DNA from: Bdellovibrio sp.
GTDB lineage: Bacteria; Bdellovibrionota; Bdellovibrionia; Bdellovibrionales; Bdellovibrionaceae
Direction of reading: 5' to 3'
DNA: 46,229 bases
NCBI GenBank assembly: GCA_043756765.1
Contig: JAYUQO010000033.1
Location: 1-46,229, forward strand
In this document: piece after piece, positions 36,454 to 46,229 of the stretch
Position numbering within the stretch: position 1 is the stretch's first letter
How the letters are laid out: each line of letters starts with the position of its first letter
The notes under the pieces: generated by a model
Seen by the model: the letters and a program-made list of their open reading frames with translations, nothing else
Database searches by the model: none
Told to the model about the DNA's origin: nothing
Translations under genes and position numbers: made by a program

Positions 36454-36540
36454 GCCCTTAGTCGAGTTTTTATTTAACGCGGTACGTTAAGTATGTGATT
36501 TGATTTATTTTGGGGATTAAATTTTTTTTAGGACTAAGGT

Positions 36541-36570
36541 CTGGGCGCGCCTCGACTGAGGTCGCGCCTA
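36541..36570. terminator. GC-rich hairpin downstream of the third flagellin
   Basis: CTGGGCGCGCCTC-GACT-GAGGTCGCGCCTAG; the T-tract lies on the + strand, so direction is unclear. Confidence 0.45.
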
Positions 36571-36592
36571 GCCTTTTCTTCTTTAATTTTGA

Positions 36593-37420
36593 TTATCCAA
36601 TAAGTCTTAATGCTGAACCGGTTCTTTCATTAGCCTGCTGTAACAATACGGTTTGATATTGTTCTAGGATTTGACCACGACGAAGAGCGGAAACCTCTTG
36701 GGCCACATCAGCATCATTAATCTGCGATCTAGCTGCAGATGTATTTTCAATTGATGATCCCAAACTATTTTGCGCTGACTCTAAACGCGATTGAAGGGCG
36801 CCAAATTTAGATCTCTCTAAAGAAATTTGCGTCAATGCTGTGTCTAATGAATCCAGTGATTCACGAGCACCCTCTTTATCAAGAACTCCAGATGATTCCA
36901 GCTGAAGCGCTGACAGCGTTGTATCTGTCTCTGAATTAAATGACACTCGTGAATTTTTATCACCACGAATACCCACTTGAATATCAACAGCACCACCTGA
37001 TCCATCTAATAGTTTTTTAGAACCAAACGATGATGTCTTTGCAATACGATCTAGTTCTAACTGTAAATTATTGTATTCATTCTGCATGAACGATCTTTCA
37101 CGGTCTGAATAAGTATCACTGGCCGACTGAACAGCAAGCTCTCTCATTCTCACAATAATGTTGGATTGTTCACTTAACCCGCCTTCCGCAATCTGCGCAA
37201 AGCTTACGCCCTGTTCAGCATTCCGTTTGGCTACTTCCATACCTTTAATTTCAGAATTCATTTGTTCTGAAATAGCCAACCCCGCAACGTCAGCACTGGG
37301 GTCTGCTAGGCGCGATCCTGAGGCTAAGTTTTTCGAGGCCCTTTCGGTGTCCTTCTGACTTGAACTCATCGCATTTTGGACATTTAATGATGCGAGGTTC
37401 GTGTTTATTCTGAGTGACAT
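36593..37420 (-). CDS. fliC: Flagellin, divergent paralog (275 aa)
   Basis: MSLRINTN, LASGSRL, QIAEGGL, RSKFGALQSRL, DADVAQE, ALRLIG. Confidence 0.92.
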   Translation of the reverse strand: MSLRINTNLASLNVQNAMSSSQKDTERASKNLASGSRLADPSADVAGLAISEQMNSEIKGMEVAKRNAEQGVSFAQIAEGGLSEQSNIIVRMRELAVQSASDTYSDRERSFMQNEYNNLQLELDRIAKTSSFGSKKLLDGSGGAVDIQVGIRGDKNSRVSFNSETDTTLSALQLESSGVLDKEGARESLDSLDTALTQISLERSKFGALQSRLESAQNSLGSSIENTSAARSQINDADVAQEVSALRRGQILEQYQTVLLQQANERTGSALRLIG

Positions 37421-37506
37421 ACGTACAACCTTCTTTCGTGTTAAGAGCACCAAGAGGTCTTATTCACCATGATTAAGACGTAGGTCTAGCTCGGCAGTCA
37501 CACACT

Positions 37507-37533
37507 ATATCGACTCAACGCGTTAAAACTTTA
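37507..37533 (-). promoter_or_regulatory. sigma28 (FliA) promoter
   Basis: Minus strand TAAAGTTT / TAAA-N15-GTCGATAT. Confidence 0.75.
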
Positions 37534-37704
37534 ATATATAATGGGTTTTATTAAACTCTGGTGAAATAAATGAGAGGGCGAAGCGTGATCTTCTCAAGCT
37601 GAAACATAAAAGTCTGAATATATGCTTAGATCACACAATCACAGCGAGAATAGGCTATCTGTAGAATGAAGCTGGGCATTTAAGGGCGGATGAACTGCTA
37701 TTAA

Positions 37705-38511
37705 TTAGGCTGGTGCTAATTCGGTTTGACCGATTTTGGCTTTGTTTTTTTGTTCTTTAAGAAGACGTGATTTTTGCAGATCCAAATCGACTATTTTTTT
37801 AAGATACTCAAACCCATTAAGATGAATTTCAACAGGTTTTTTAATATGTAATTCTTTATTTTCTTGTTCTGAATTATAGAGATCAATACGTTGAATCAAA
37901 TATAGATTCGATTCAATGATTTCTTTGATAATATACATATTACCTTTGTCATATTTTAGCAGATTAAGCCACTTATCAAAATGTGGATCAAACTTAGGGG
38001 CCTCGTTAACAACCTTTGCCTGAGCTTCTTCTGCTATTGCATCAGTTTTGTTTTTATATTGTGGCCGCTTAAATTCATCAGCGCTTTCTACAGATAAACG
38101 CATTAAATCGTCTCGTCTTTCATTCATGTGCTTAACCATTGTCAGATACACAGTCGGAGATTTTTTCATTTCATAATCATCAACTTGTTCCGCGATACTG
38201 ACTAGTATATCGATCAGGTCTTCGTAATCACTTGGGCGACTTAAGTTATAAGTCACAAGCATTTCTAACTTTGAAACTACACGGGTTAAGAATTCTTTAT
38301 CATTTTTATACTGATCCATCATTCGCGAACCTTTTCGCTTTAATTTGGTCTTCAACAGCATTCTAAGAACGGCGATTCGAGCTTCCATTTTATGGATATT
38401 TTCTTTTTGTCTTCGGTAATACCACAAAACATAAAAATACTTCGACACCCATAAAAACATAATGAGTGATAACAAGATCGAAAAATATTGAGAGATAACA
38501 TTAATTTGCAT
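37705..38511 (-). CDS. Hypothetical single-pass membrane protein
   Basis: N-terminal TM, helical soluble region; TCAA-N16-TCCGAAAA sigma28-like element upstream (about 38521-38548). Confidence 0.7.
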   Translation of the reverse strand: MQINVISQYFSILLSLIMFLWVSKYFYVLWYYRRQKENIHKMEARIAVLRMLLKTKLKRKGSRMMDQYKNDKEFLTRVVSKLEMLVTYNLSRPSDYEDLIDILVSIAEQVDDYEMKKSPTVYLTMVKHMNERRDDLMRLSVESADEFKRPQYKNKTDAIAEEAQAKVVNEAPKFDPHFDKWLNLLKYDKGNMYIIKEIIESNLYLIQRIDLYNSEQENKELHIKKPVEIHLNGFEYLKKIVDLDLQKSRLLKEQKNKAKIGQTELAPA

Positions 38512-38586
38512 GACAACTCGTTTTCGGATCTAACTAGGCAAAAGTTGAGGTTTTTTTTAAAACTGCAAAAGCTCGTTTTGAATAAA

Positions 38587-39342
38587 CTATTGAATCACTG
38601 GAAATTGATGCTGTTGTCTTATTCTGAGACTAATCGAATGATCAAAACTATAATGTTCGTAATTTAAAAAACCGCCGCCACCCAAACCTAAACGTGCAAA
38701 CGGATTTATTTTTTTAGATGTATTTTGAAAACCTGTAAAAAAATCAAACCGACCTACGCCTTTAATACTGCCACCAGAATCACGCACTATCAGATAACCA
38801 TCATGCACTAATCCATTTGGTAGAGCTATGCCGACTAATTCTGGCATATAAATCACGTCACCTAATCTGTAGATTGATAAATCAGCGGCCACTGATCTAT
38901 AAGGATCTAAACACATTATTTTATAACTCACAAAACTGTCTGTTGAATCACCTAAACCATACGGGCAGACCGATGTATTCACAGTTTTAAAATAAAATTC
39001 GTTGTTGTATTTTTTGTGATAATTGATCAAAACTTTGTTCTGGGCAACTTGTACAATACATGAACCTTGCATCTTGCAGCCGTTTACGGCTTTTTCGCAA
39101 AGACTGTATGATTTAGTATGATTCTTAGAATCTGAAATATTAATATTTTTTTTATCAGCACACGAACCTGAGTCAAGATCACTGTAATCTGGCGTATAAT
39201 AAATTGTAGCTGTGACTAACCGAGTTTTCTCTTCAACTGTTAAAATTCTTTTGGCTGGGCCACGGCCGTTGTTCACAGAATCGTCTGATCCCGCACAACC
39301 CGTCAGTAAGAAAATAAAAGCTAGTCCTAAAGTAAATTTCAT
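38587..39342 (-). CDS. 3D-domain lipoprotein (MltA-like peptidoglycan hydrolase)
   Basis: Lipobox LTGC; SVAAD, DSGGSIKG, RFDFFTG three-Asp motif. Confidence 0.85.
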   Translation of the reverse strand: MKFTLGLAFIFLLTGCAGSDDSVNNGRGPAKRILTVEEKTRLVTATIYYTPDYSDLDSGSCADKKNINISDSKNHTKSYSLCEKAVNGCKMQGSCIVQVAQNKVLINYHKKYNNEFYFKTVNTSVCPYGLGDSTDSFVSYKIMCLDPYRSVAADLSIYRLGDVIYMPELVGIALPNGLVHDGYLIVRDSGGSIKGVGRFDFFTGFQNTSKKINPFARLGLGGGGFLNYEHYSFDHSISLRIRQQHQFPVIQ

Positions 39343-39370
39343 TTTGATCTTATATCACATTGAAAGCGAT

Positions 39371-40003
39371 TTAGATATACAAATCGCCTCTCACTTCAAC
39401 GGTCACAGGCTTTAAAAAAGCCACATCCTGTGGTTGGTGCGAAGCAATCAAAGTTGTCAGTTTATGTTCTGCCAAATAATCCATTATTATTTTCTGTGCA
39501 GCCAGCTTGTTAGCCTGGTCTAAAGCTGAAAAAGGCTCATCTAGTATCAATACACGTGGTTTAGATAGAATAGCTCTTAATAGTGCTACCCTTTGTTTTT
39601 CACCACCCGACAGCTTCAGCGCAGTTGTTTGAAGGCAAGACTGCAGATCCAATTTTTCTATAAAACTTTGTAATTTTTGACGGCTTTCAGAAGACCAATT
39701 ATTTCTGGCTTTCATGACTATTTCTATATTTTCAAACGCTGTCAGATTGTTAAATAAATCGTGGCTTTGAAAAACCACTCCTAATTGCCTGTCTTCGACT
39801 GATAATTTCGCTAAATCAGTACTACCATCAAGCCACTGCCAGTCTTTTAATTCAATTATTCCACATAAAATATTAAAAAATGTTGTTTTACCTGAGCCCG
39901 ACACGCCGTTTATATAATAAACTTGCCCTGTTTGATATTCAAAATAAGGGATTGCATAATGAATATTATCTTCTCGGTAATTTATGTTTTTTAAATAAGA
40001 CAT
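39371..40003 (-). CDS. thiQ: ABC transporter ATP-binding subunit (ThiQ-like)
   Basis: GVSGSGKTT, LSGGEKQRVAL, LDEPFSALD; follows thiP/thiB-like genes. Confidence 0.75.
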   Translation of the reverse strand: MSYLKNINYREDNIHYAIPYFEYQTGQVYYINGVSGSGKTTFFNILCGIIELKDWQWLDGSTDLAKLSVEDRQLGVVFQSHDLFNNLTAFENIEIVMKARNNWSSESRQKLQSFIEKLDLQSCLQTTALKLSGGEKQRVALLRAILSKPRVLILDEPFSALDQANKLAAQKIIMDYLAEHKLTTLIASHQPQDVAFLKPVTVEVRGDLYI

Positions 40004-41435
40004 ATATTTTCTCCGATGCAATAAAAATTAAAATCCAAAACAAAATCACGAGTGCACTTAAGGCATAAGCATAGTCAATACGATAACTTGATAAAAACTC
40101 ATACATTATAACTCCAGTTGTTTTGATTGGGCTTCCGGAAACTTCAAAAACACTGAATTCAAAAAAACAAATTAGAAATGAAAAGCTTAAAAAACTGACT
40201 ATATTTTTTTTCAATGCGTGAAGCATAATGTTTAACACATAGGATGGAAAGCTAATTTTATAAATTCTAGCTGTGTTCATTGATCTCTGTAGGTTAAATA
40301 AATCATTTGAGAAGAAATTTAAGACCAAAGATACAAAATAACTGACCAAAAACAAATAACCGACTTTGCTTGTTTCAATCCAAATATTTTGTGTAGAAGT
40401 AAAATATAAAAATATGAAAAAACCAGTTAAACCAACTGATGGGCTAGCAAAGGTCGTTAGCCACTGCACATTTTTCTTTTTGTAAATCAAATACGCATAT
40501 ATTGAAAACAAGACAGAAAATCCAACAACAATAAAAAAATAAAAAATCACTGTATTTGCTAAAATCTGCAAATAATCAGCATTTAGAAAAGTAGCCATTC
40601 TTGATAGTGTTTTTACATCCAGAATATGAAAAATAAAGGTTCCAAAATAGGCTATTAAATAAAAAATAATCATAGCTGCTCCTAAATTTGAAGCAATTTT
40701 TTTCTGATTAAATGTTTCTACGCGGTAGTTTTGATTATAAGCTTTTAAAAAATGACTCAGGCTATACAGCATTAAAATCTGGATTAATGCTGTGACAACC
40801 ACCGTTGACCAATCTTGCTGGATATAAATTTTTTCATAAATAAAGACTTCAAGGTTTCCCCCGGTTTTTCCACCTAACATGAAGGGAATCGTAAAACTTG
40901 AAAAGCAGCCTAAAAAAACAATCAATCCAACAAATAAAATTTGTCGTTTCATATTTGGCAAAATAATTTCAGTTATAATAACAAACTTTTTAATTGAATA
41001 AATTTCTGACGTTTTAATATACGAACTTAAGTTCTGATGAATCGCTAAGTAGAAACTACAAGCCGCAAAACCTAGATAGACTAAATTAAATACTAAAATG
41101 ACACCGCCATGCCCAAAAGGAAAAGGAGACATCATCTGCAATACGATCATAACAGAAATCAATGACGGAATCAGTACAGGGGCAAAACAAAGTTTTATCA
41201 AATAAGTTGTCCACTTTTGATTGAATCGAAATAAACCTAAAGCCATAATGAAACCGAAAATAACTACTGTAATGGCTGATGCTGAACTTTGCAAAACAGA
41301 ATTCAAAAAATATTTTTGGATTCCATCAAAGTCTAAAATTTTGATATTGAAAAATGAATAGCTTACAAAAAGAATTGGAATTATGAAAAATAAGCCTATT
41401 AAAATTTGTAATGATGTAGCAAATTTAGTTTGCAC
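39966..41435 (-). CDS. thiP: ABC transporter permease (ThiP-like, duplicated TM domain)
   Basis: About 12 TM segments, CFSSFTIPFMLGG, LEVFIYE. Confidence 0.7.
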   Translation of the reverse strand: MQTKFATSLQILIGLFFIIPILFVSYSFFNIKILDFDGIQKYFLNSVLQSSASAITVVIFGFIMALGLFRFNQKWTTYLIKLCFAPVLIPSLISVMIVLQMMSPFPFGHGGVILVFNLVYLGFAACSFYLAIHQNLSSYIKTSEIYSIKKFVIITEIILPNMKRQILFVGLIVFLGCFSSFTIPFMLGGKTGGNLEVFIYEKIYIQQDWSTVVVTALIQILMLYSLSHFLKAYNQNYRVETFNQKKIASNLGAAMIIFYLIAYFGTFIFHILDVKTLSRMATFLNADYLQILANTVIFYFFIVVGFSVLFSIYAYLIYKKKNVQWLTTFASPSVGLTGFFIFLYFTSTQNIWIETSKVGYLFLVSYFVSLVLNFFSNDLFNLQRSMNTARIYKISFPSYVLNIMLHALKKNIVSFLSFSFLICFFEFSVFEVSGSPIKTTGVIMYEFLSSYRIDYAYALSALVILFWILIFIASEKIYVLFKKHKLPRR

Positions 41436-42459
41436 TATTTCTAAGCTCAGTCCAAGTGTCTATTTGTTTCTGCAAATTTTCTTTAGACTGAACAGTATGT
41501 GGTAATATTTTGAAAATTTTCACGTGATCAAATGGCGTGCCTTCTTGCGCTGATCGATCAATAGGAAACATATAGTTTTTTTCCATGATAATTTTTTGAG
41601 CTTCATAGGATTGTAAAAACTTAACAAATTGTTTAGCACCTTCGCAATTCTTACAAACTGCAGGTACTCCGGCGAATTCAACTTGTAGTGGATGTTTATT
41701 GTCGAATTCAACAGCTGTGAATTGATCATTTTTTTCTTCAATCAACTGATATAACGGCGAAGTCGCATAAGATAAAACTATATCAACTTGCTGAGTTTTA
41801 AATAATCCATAAGAGGCTGACCAACTTGGTGAAAAACTATGGGCTTGGTTCATCAGCTTTTTTAAAAATTGTTCGGCCTCGTCTGGCGAACTATACTGCG
41901 AATAAATCCAGTTAATAAAAATTAAACCAGGTGAACTGGTTCTTGGATCTTGCAAAGCAATTCTATTTTTTAATTCAGGTTTTAGTAAATCATTTAAATT
42001 TTTAATAGATACAGAAAAGTCTTTTCGAACAATAAATGCCAACGGCGCCCAATCGTAGGCTGAAAATTGTTTTAAGGTAGTGATATGACTTAAATAATCT
42101 GGAATATTTTCTATTTCTGTTGGATAAGTGCTTTCCCATTTAATTTTATCGACAATTTTAATTAAATCATATTGATCAAGACTTAACACCACATCAGCAA
42201 TGGCTTTATCGCCATCAAAAGAAATTTTTTGCAAAAGTAAAGTTGGATCTGTCATTTCTAAATAAGTGATTTTCAAACCTGTTTGCTTTTCAAATAGTTC
42301 TTTTAACTTAGGCCCTGGCCCCCAAGAACCAACGAACGAGTTGCTGCCATAAACTTTAAGGCTGGCGCGATCTTTTAAAATTTGACCATCGTCTTTATAA
42401 AAATAAAACACAGTTAGAAATAAAAATATAGCTGATGTAAAACCTAAAAAATGTTTCAT
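41425..42459 (-). CDS. thiB: Thiamine ABC transporter substrate-binding protein
   Basis: SFVGSWGPGP, QDPRTSSPGL, WSASYGLF, VLSYATSP, QVEFAG, NYMFP. Confidence 0.85.
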   Translation of the reverse strand: MKHFLGFTSAIFLFLTVFYFYKDDGQILKDRASLKVYGSNSFVGSWGPGPKLKELFEKQTGLKITYLEMTDPTLLLQKISFDGDKAIADVVLSLDQYDLIKIVDKIKWESTYPTEIENIPDYLSHITTLKQFSAYDWAPLAFIVRKDFSVSIKNLNDLLKPELKNRIALQDPRTSSPGLIFINWIYSQYSSPDEAEQFLKKLMNQAHSFSPSWSASYGLFKTQQVDIVLSYATSPLYQLIEEKNDQFTAVEFDNKHPLQVEFAGVPAVCKNCEGAKQFVKFLQSYEAQKIIMEKNYMFPIDRSAQEGTPFDHVKIFKILPHTVQSKENLQKQIDTWTELRNSAN

Positions 42460-42460
42460 G

Positions 42461-42943
42461 TTACCACCAGATGCCGCGGTAACGTTTGTAAAAATAATAA
42501 TCTAAACCAAGACAACGGCCAGCGCCAACCCACGCCATTAAAATATGTGCCGCAATCATCAATTTAAAAAAGTACTCTTGCGAAAGACCAGATACAGCCA
42601 AATAATTTAAACAAAGAAAAAAACCTAAAATCGATGCGGGACGAACAACGTAACCAACTAAATATGAAATTCCAATAATGGCTTGAATGCCCACCAATAA
42701 AAAAGCATAAAAAGTCCAGTGACTCATTAGATGTTCTGTTAAAAAAAGTCGATACCAAAACGGCATTTGAGTCTTATTTAAAGCTTCAACCAATAGATCA
42801 CTGACAACTGAATTACCTATTATATGAATTTTCCAATCATGAATAGATTGCTGAAGATAAAAATATCCTAAGAATATTCTTAAAAAAGAAATGGGTAATA
42901 AGTGCCCAACATATTTTAAACTTTCAAAATAAGCTTGTAACAT
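42461..42943 (-). CDS. DoxX family membrane protein
   Basis: LRIFLG, four TMs, GAGRCLGLD. Confidence 0.8.
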   Translation of the reverse strand: MLQAYFESLKYVGHLLPISFLRIFLGYFYLQQSIHDWKIHIIGNSVVSDLLVEALNKTQMPFWYRLFLTEHLMSHWTFYAFLLVGIQAIIGISYLVGYVVRPASILGFFLCLNYLAVSGLSQEYFFKLMIAAHILMAWVGAGRCLGLDYYFYKRYRGIWW

Positions 42944-42956
42944 AGGTTTATGTTAA

Positions 42957-43595
42957 TCAAAGTCCACGGCGCGGACAACTGCTAGATAAAAAACAGGTCG
43001 TGCATTGTGGCGATCGCGCTTTACAAGCAGCTCGACCATGAGCAATTAAATAGTGCGACAACATAATCCATTCATCAGATTTAAACATTTTATTCAATTT
43101 TTCTTCAATTTTAACAGCATTATCGGTTTTTACCCACCCAAAGCGCTGACACAGTCTGGTGACATGAGTATCGACAACAACTCCGCTAGAAATGTTGTAA
43201 GCATTACCCAAAACCACATTAGCAGTCTTGCGACCAACACCAGGCAATTCAATTAGATGTTCTAAAACTGCCGGCACCGTGTTGTTATATTTTTCGACTA
43301 AAATTTCACAGCATTTTTTAATATTTTTGGCTTTATTTTTATAGAAGCCTGTTGATCTTACAGCGGTCTCAATGTTTTCGACTTTTTCACGCGCTAAATC
43401 TGAAGGACTTTTGTAGTTCTTAAATAAATCCTTAGTCACAATATTAACCCGCTCGTCAGTGCACTGGGCTGATAATATAGTCGCGACTAATAACTGAAAT
43501 GGATTTTCATAATTTAAAGCGCAGTGGGCATTTGGGTAGTTTTTCTTAAGACTTTTTAAAACGATTTCAGGACTAACCTTTTTCACCAAAATCAC
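42957..43595 (-). CDS. nth: Endonuclease III
   Basis: LLVATILSAQCTD, LPGVGRKTANVV, VDTHV, C-terminal 4Fe-4S motif CKARSPQCTTCFLSSSC. Confidence 0.96.
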   Translation of the reverse strand: MILVKKVSPEIVLKSLKKNYPNAHCALNYENPFQLLVATILSAQCTDERVNIVTKDLFKNYKSPSDLAREKVENIETAVRSTGFYKNKAKNIKKCCEILVEKYNNTVPAVLEHLIELPGVGRKTANVVLGNAYNISSGVVVDTHVTRLCQRFGWVKTDNAVKIEEKLNKMFKSDEWIMLSHYLIAHGRAACKARSPQCTTCFLSSSCPRRGL

Positions 43596-43812
43596 CTATG
43601 GCTTCAACAGGACAGCCTTCCATTGCCTCTTTACAAAGGGCTTGTTCTTCAGGTGAATCAGGTTGCTTAGATATGAAAGCATGACCATCGTCCTCATGCA
43701 TTGCGAAATTTTTAGGAGCAGTAAGGACGCAAGCGTCACAAGCGATACATGACTGATCAACAAACATTTTGCCAGGCTTATTTTCTTTCCATTTTTGACC
43801 TAGATCAGCCAT
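43573..43812 (-). CDS. Ferredoxin
   Basis: CIACDAC ... CPVEAIG. Confidence 0.9.
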   Translation of the reverse strand: MADLGQKWKENKPGKMFVDQSCIACDACVLTAPKNFAMHEDDGHAFISKQPDSPEEQALCKEAMEGCPVEAIGDFGEKG

Positions 43813-43983
43813 AAAACCCCCAAGAAGCTTACAAACACAATGCGTGCTGCTTTAGACTTTAACAAGTGCCCAATGTAAAAAAGATCTGGCCTTAAGTCAA
43901 TTTCATAGAACTGGTCATCACGAAATGAGGATTAAACGCTATAATATTTGTATGATTTACGCTTCAAAACAAAGGGGTATACT

Positions 43984-45075
43984 ATGTTAAAACCAAGATC
44001 TCCAGAAAAACATGAATTTGAACATGTTCTAAGTTTTCTTAATCAGCAATTACGTGCTGATTCAACTTGGCCAATCAATCTGGAATACCCTACAGCTGTG
44101 ACTCCACAAAACATTCATAACATGAGCATCATTGAATCAAATGATAAAATTGTATCGCATGCTTTAATCAAACCTTTAATAACAAAGACACCGTCAGCGA
44201 TATATAAAATCGGTGCTATTGGGTCTGTGGTGACTGACCCCTCATTCCGACAACAGGGTCTAAGCACACTTAATATGCAAAACTGTCTAAACAAAGCTAC
44301 TGAACAAAACTGTGATCTCGTGGTGCTTTGGTCTGACAATCAAGAATTTTATAGAAAATTTGGTTTTGAGTTGGCTGGTATCGAATACACTTACGTTTTC
44401 GATCAACCTTTTAGACAACAAAATGTAAATTTAAAATTTATTAAAGGCACAGCGATTGATCCAAACGCTATCCTTAAATTGTATTCTCAGCACACTGTGA
44501 ACACAGTCAGAACTGTTGAAGAAATTCAGCAGTTTTTAAAAATTCCAAACTCACAAGTTTTCACAGCATGGAGCGAATCAAATCAATTATTAGCTTATGC
44601 TGTTGAAGGTAAAGGAGCTGATCTACAAAGTTTTATTCACGAATGGGGTGGACAAGTGCCTGCACTGACTGATTTATTTAGTCATATTGTAAAAACAGAA
44701 CAAAAAAACTATCATATTATGGTTCCAACTCATTCAGTAAATATGCGAAATGCATTAAACAAATTAGAACTTTTTTGTCATCAAGGTTTTATGGGTATGG
44801 TTCGTATTCATAATTTTGATGCTGTCGCCTTAAAAGTCAAACGGGCATTCAGAGCTGAAGGCTATGATCAGTTTGTGTTAGAGAAAACTAATGGCCAAGT
44901 CGTTTTCGGATACGGCACTGATCTGTACACTTTAGATCATGAAACGGATCTGGTTAAAATACTTTTTGGACCAGCCCATGTTGATGACATGACATTTATC
45001 AAAGCTGAAACACGACAAATATTAAAACAAATTTTACCTTTACCACTATGGATTTGGGGCTGGGATTCTATATGA
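43984..45075 (+). CDS. GNAT family acetyltransferase (Eis-like)
   Basis: IGSVVTDPSFRQQGLS acetyl-CoA motif, FYRKFGF; AAGGGG RBS before ATG 43984. Confidence 0.8.
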   Translation: MLKPRSPEKHEFEHVLSFLNQQLRADSTWPINLEYPTAVTPQNIHNMSIIESNDKIVSHALIKPLITKTPSAIYKIGAIGSVVTDPSFRQQGLSTLNMQNCLNKATEQNCDLVVLWSDNQEFYRKFGFELAGIEYTYVFDQPFRQQNVNLKFIKGTAIDPNAILKLYSQHTVNTVRTVEEIQQFLKIPNSQVFTAWSESNQLLAYAVEGKGADLQSFIHEWGGQVPALTDLFSHIVKTEQKNYHIMVPTHSVNMRNALNKLELFCHQGFMGMVRIHNFDAVALKVKRAFRAEGYDQFVLEKTNGQVVFGYGTDLYTLDHETDLVKILFGPAHVDDMTFIKAETRQILKQILPLPLWIWGWDSI

Positions 45076-45914
45076 AATTATTAATTATAATCACCGCATT
45101 GTTTGTTATTACGACGCAGACTTCATGCATCGAAAAACAAAACTTGGAAGAATCAAGTCTTGGACCTGCTGCTGATGCGAATCAAGTTGAAGAAGCTATG
45201 GCTGATGGTGTTGGCAGTCTTGATTTTTATGATGTTAAAGTCAACGAAGCTAGCTCTTTAACGTATACAATCACTTACGAAGAATCACAGACTATAAAAT
45301 TTCTTAATCAAACACTCTATGTAGATTCTATTTCTGATGCTACTGACAAGCTGACTATAAATTTAAATTTTTCGCATGAGTATTTACAAAATTCAAACAG
45401 TTCATTTTCAGATGTACGATACCCGATGGTTATTGAAAAAAACCAGACTTTAAAAAGCTTGGCTTCAAAGGATCAAATTGTACATCAACTGCAAGAACAA
45501 GATAAGCCTAAGTCACCGCTATTTTTATATCAATTCTACGCAAACTTAGCTATTTTTGCTTGTCGTGAAGACAAAGTCACTTGTCATAATTTCAAATTCA
45601 AAGATTTTGAGTCTAAGCTAGATTCCCAATTGGCTCATCCCAGTATTTGCGCGAACGCCCAGAATTGTATTATCCCGATACGTGAAATTACATTTGATTT
45701 AATAGATCGCAAGATTATGGAAGATAATGGTAAACCCAAGAGAACTTTCTTCACTTTAATAGTTTCATCTAAATTGCCATTTTTTTCAAAAGTTTTAAGT
45801 TATTGTGAACGTGGTCTTGAAGAAATGACTGGAAGAAAAGTTTTGACTGAACACTGCCTAAATGTAAATAACTTTTCTGCAGGTGCTGCTACAGCGAATC
45901 AGACTACAAACTAA
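45072..45914 (+). CDS. Hypothetical lipoprotein
   Basis: ATGA overlap with the upstream stop; signal ending TSC; paired Cys. Confidence 0.7.
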   Translation: MKLLIIITALFVITTQTSCIEKQNLEESSLGPAADANQVEEAMADGVGSLDFYDVKVNEASSLTYTITYEESQTIKFLNQTLYVDSISDATDKLTINLNFSHEYLQNSNSSFSDVRYPMVIEKNQTLKSLASKDQIVHQLQEQDKPKSPLFLYQFYANLAIFACREDKVTCHNFKFKDFESKLDSQLAHPSICANAQNCIIPIREITFDLIDRKIMEDNGKPKRTFFTLIVSSKLPFFSKVLSYCERGLEEMTGRKVLTEHCLNVNNFSAGAATANQTTN

Positions 45915-45955
45915 AAAAACTTGTCGAACTGCCCGGCCGAAGCTAACATAATAGT

Positions 45956-46229
45956 ATGAAAAAACATATTGCACTTATTTTTGGTGGGCAATCTTCTGAG
46001 CATGAAGTTTCTATTAATTCTGCAAAAAATATCTTTAAAGCTTTGGATAAAAGCCTTTTTACAGTTTCATTATTAGGAATCTCTAAAGAAGGGTCATGGT
46101 ATTTGTTTTCAGAAACAGAAATCGAAAATTTAAAATCAATTCGTGATGCAGATACCAACCAAGAAAAACACGCTGCCCTTGTTGCAAAAAAATCTAAGCC
46201 TTATATTTTACAATTACAGAATGCGCAGT
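45956..46229 (+). CDS. ddl: D-alanine--D-alanine ligase (partial; runs off the window end)
   Basis: MKKHIALIFGGQSSEHEVSINSA...GISKEGSW; TTGTCG-N17-TAACAT-N6-ATG upstream. Not in the ORF track. Confidence 0.92.
   Translation, partial: MKKHIALIFGGQSSEHEVSINSAKNIFKALDKSLFTVSLLGISKEGSWYLFSETEIENLKSIRDADTNQEKHAALVAKKSKPYILQLQNAQ

Noticed and set aside
33518-37420. Three flagellin paralogs as a novelty or phase-variable flagellin system
   Set aside because: Multiple short flagellins are normal in Bdellovibrio; each has its own sigma28 promoter and no invertase or repeat tract was seen.
42459-43940. TPP riboswitch for the thiamine ABC transporter
   Set aside because: thiB starts 1 bp after the DoxX gene, and no CTGAGA-type aptamer core is visible upstream of the operon.
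1631-46158. Short ORF-track entries antisense to or nested within real genes (e.g. 1631-1828, 2782-2991, 4076-4318, 12897-13169, 22332-22580, 27713-27949, 28517-28852, 35606-35881, 37158-37358, 44115-44339, 45943-46158)
   Set aside because: Shadow frames of well-supported genes with no recognisable RBS or motifs; 45943-46158 is antisense to ddl.

Overview
AT-rich chromosomal window that looks like a predatory Bdellovibrionota (Bdellovibrio/Pseudobdellovibrio-like) bacterium; this is inferred from gene content and protein style. The housekeeping backbone contains pal-cpoB-tsaD-rsmA-smpB, rsmD-coaD-aminotransferase, ferredoxin-nth-DoxX-thiamine ABC transporter and a partial ddl. A flagellar filament locus carries three flagellins with sigma28 promoters, a FlaG-like gene and fliD-fliS-fliT/flgN, interrupted by accessory genes. 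Two observations stand out. (1) A pilin/fibre-like adhesin gene (30487-31666) has five perfect 8-bp repeats (CTCAGCAA) in its prepilin leader that put it out of frame; 0, 3 or 6 copies restore the frame, so it looks like a slipped-strand ON/OFF switch just downstream of a sigma28-driven gene. (2) A lipoprotein plant-type fatty-acid alpha-dioxygenase is divergently paired with an atypical catalase-fold protein and lies next to an Mpo1/DUF962 gene, a candidate exported fatty-acid alpha-oxidation/oxylipin module. No rRNA, tRNA, CRISPR array, transposase or integrase was recognised. All calls come from reading motifs by eye; no database searches were run.
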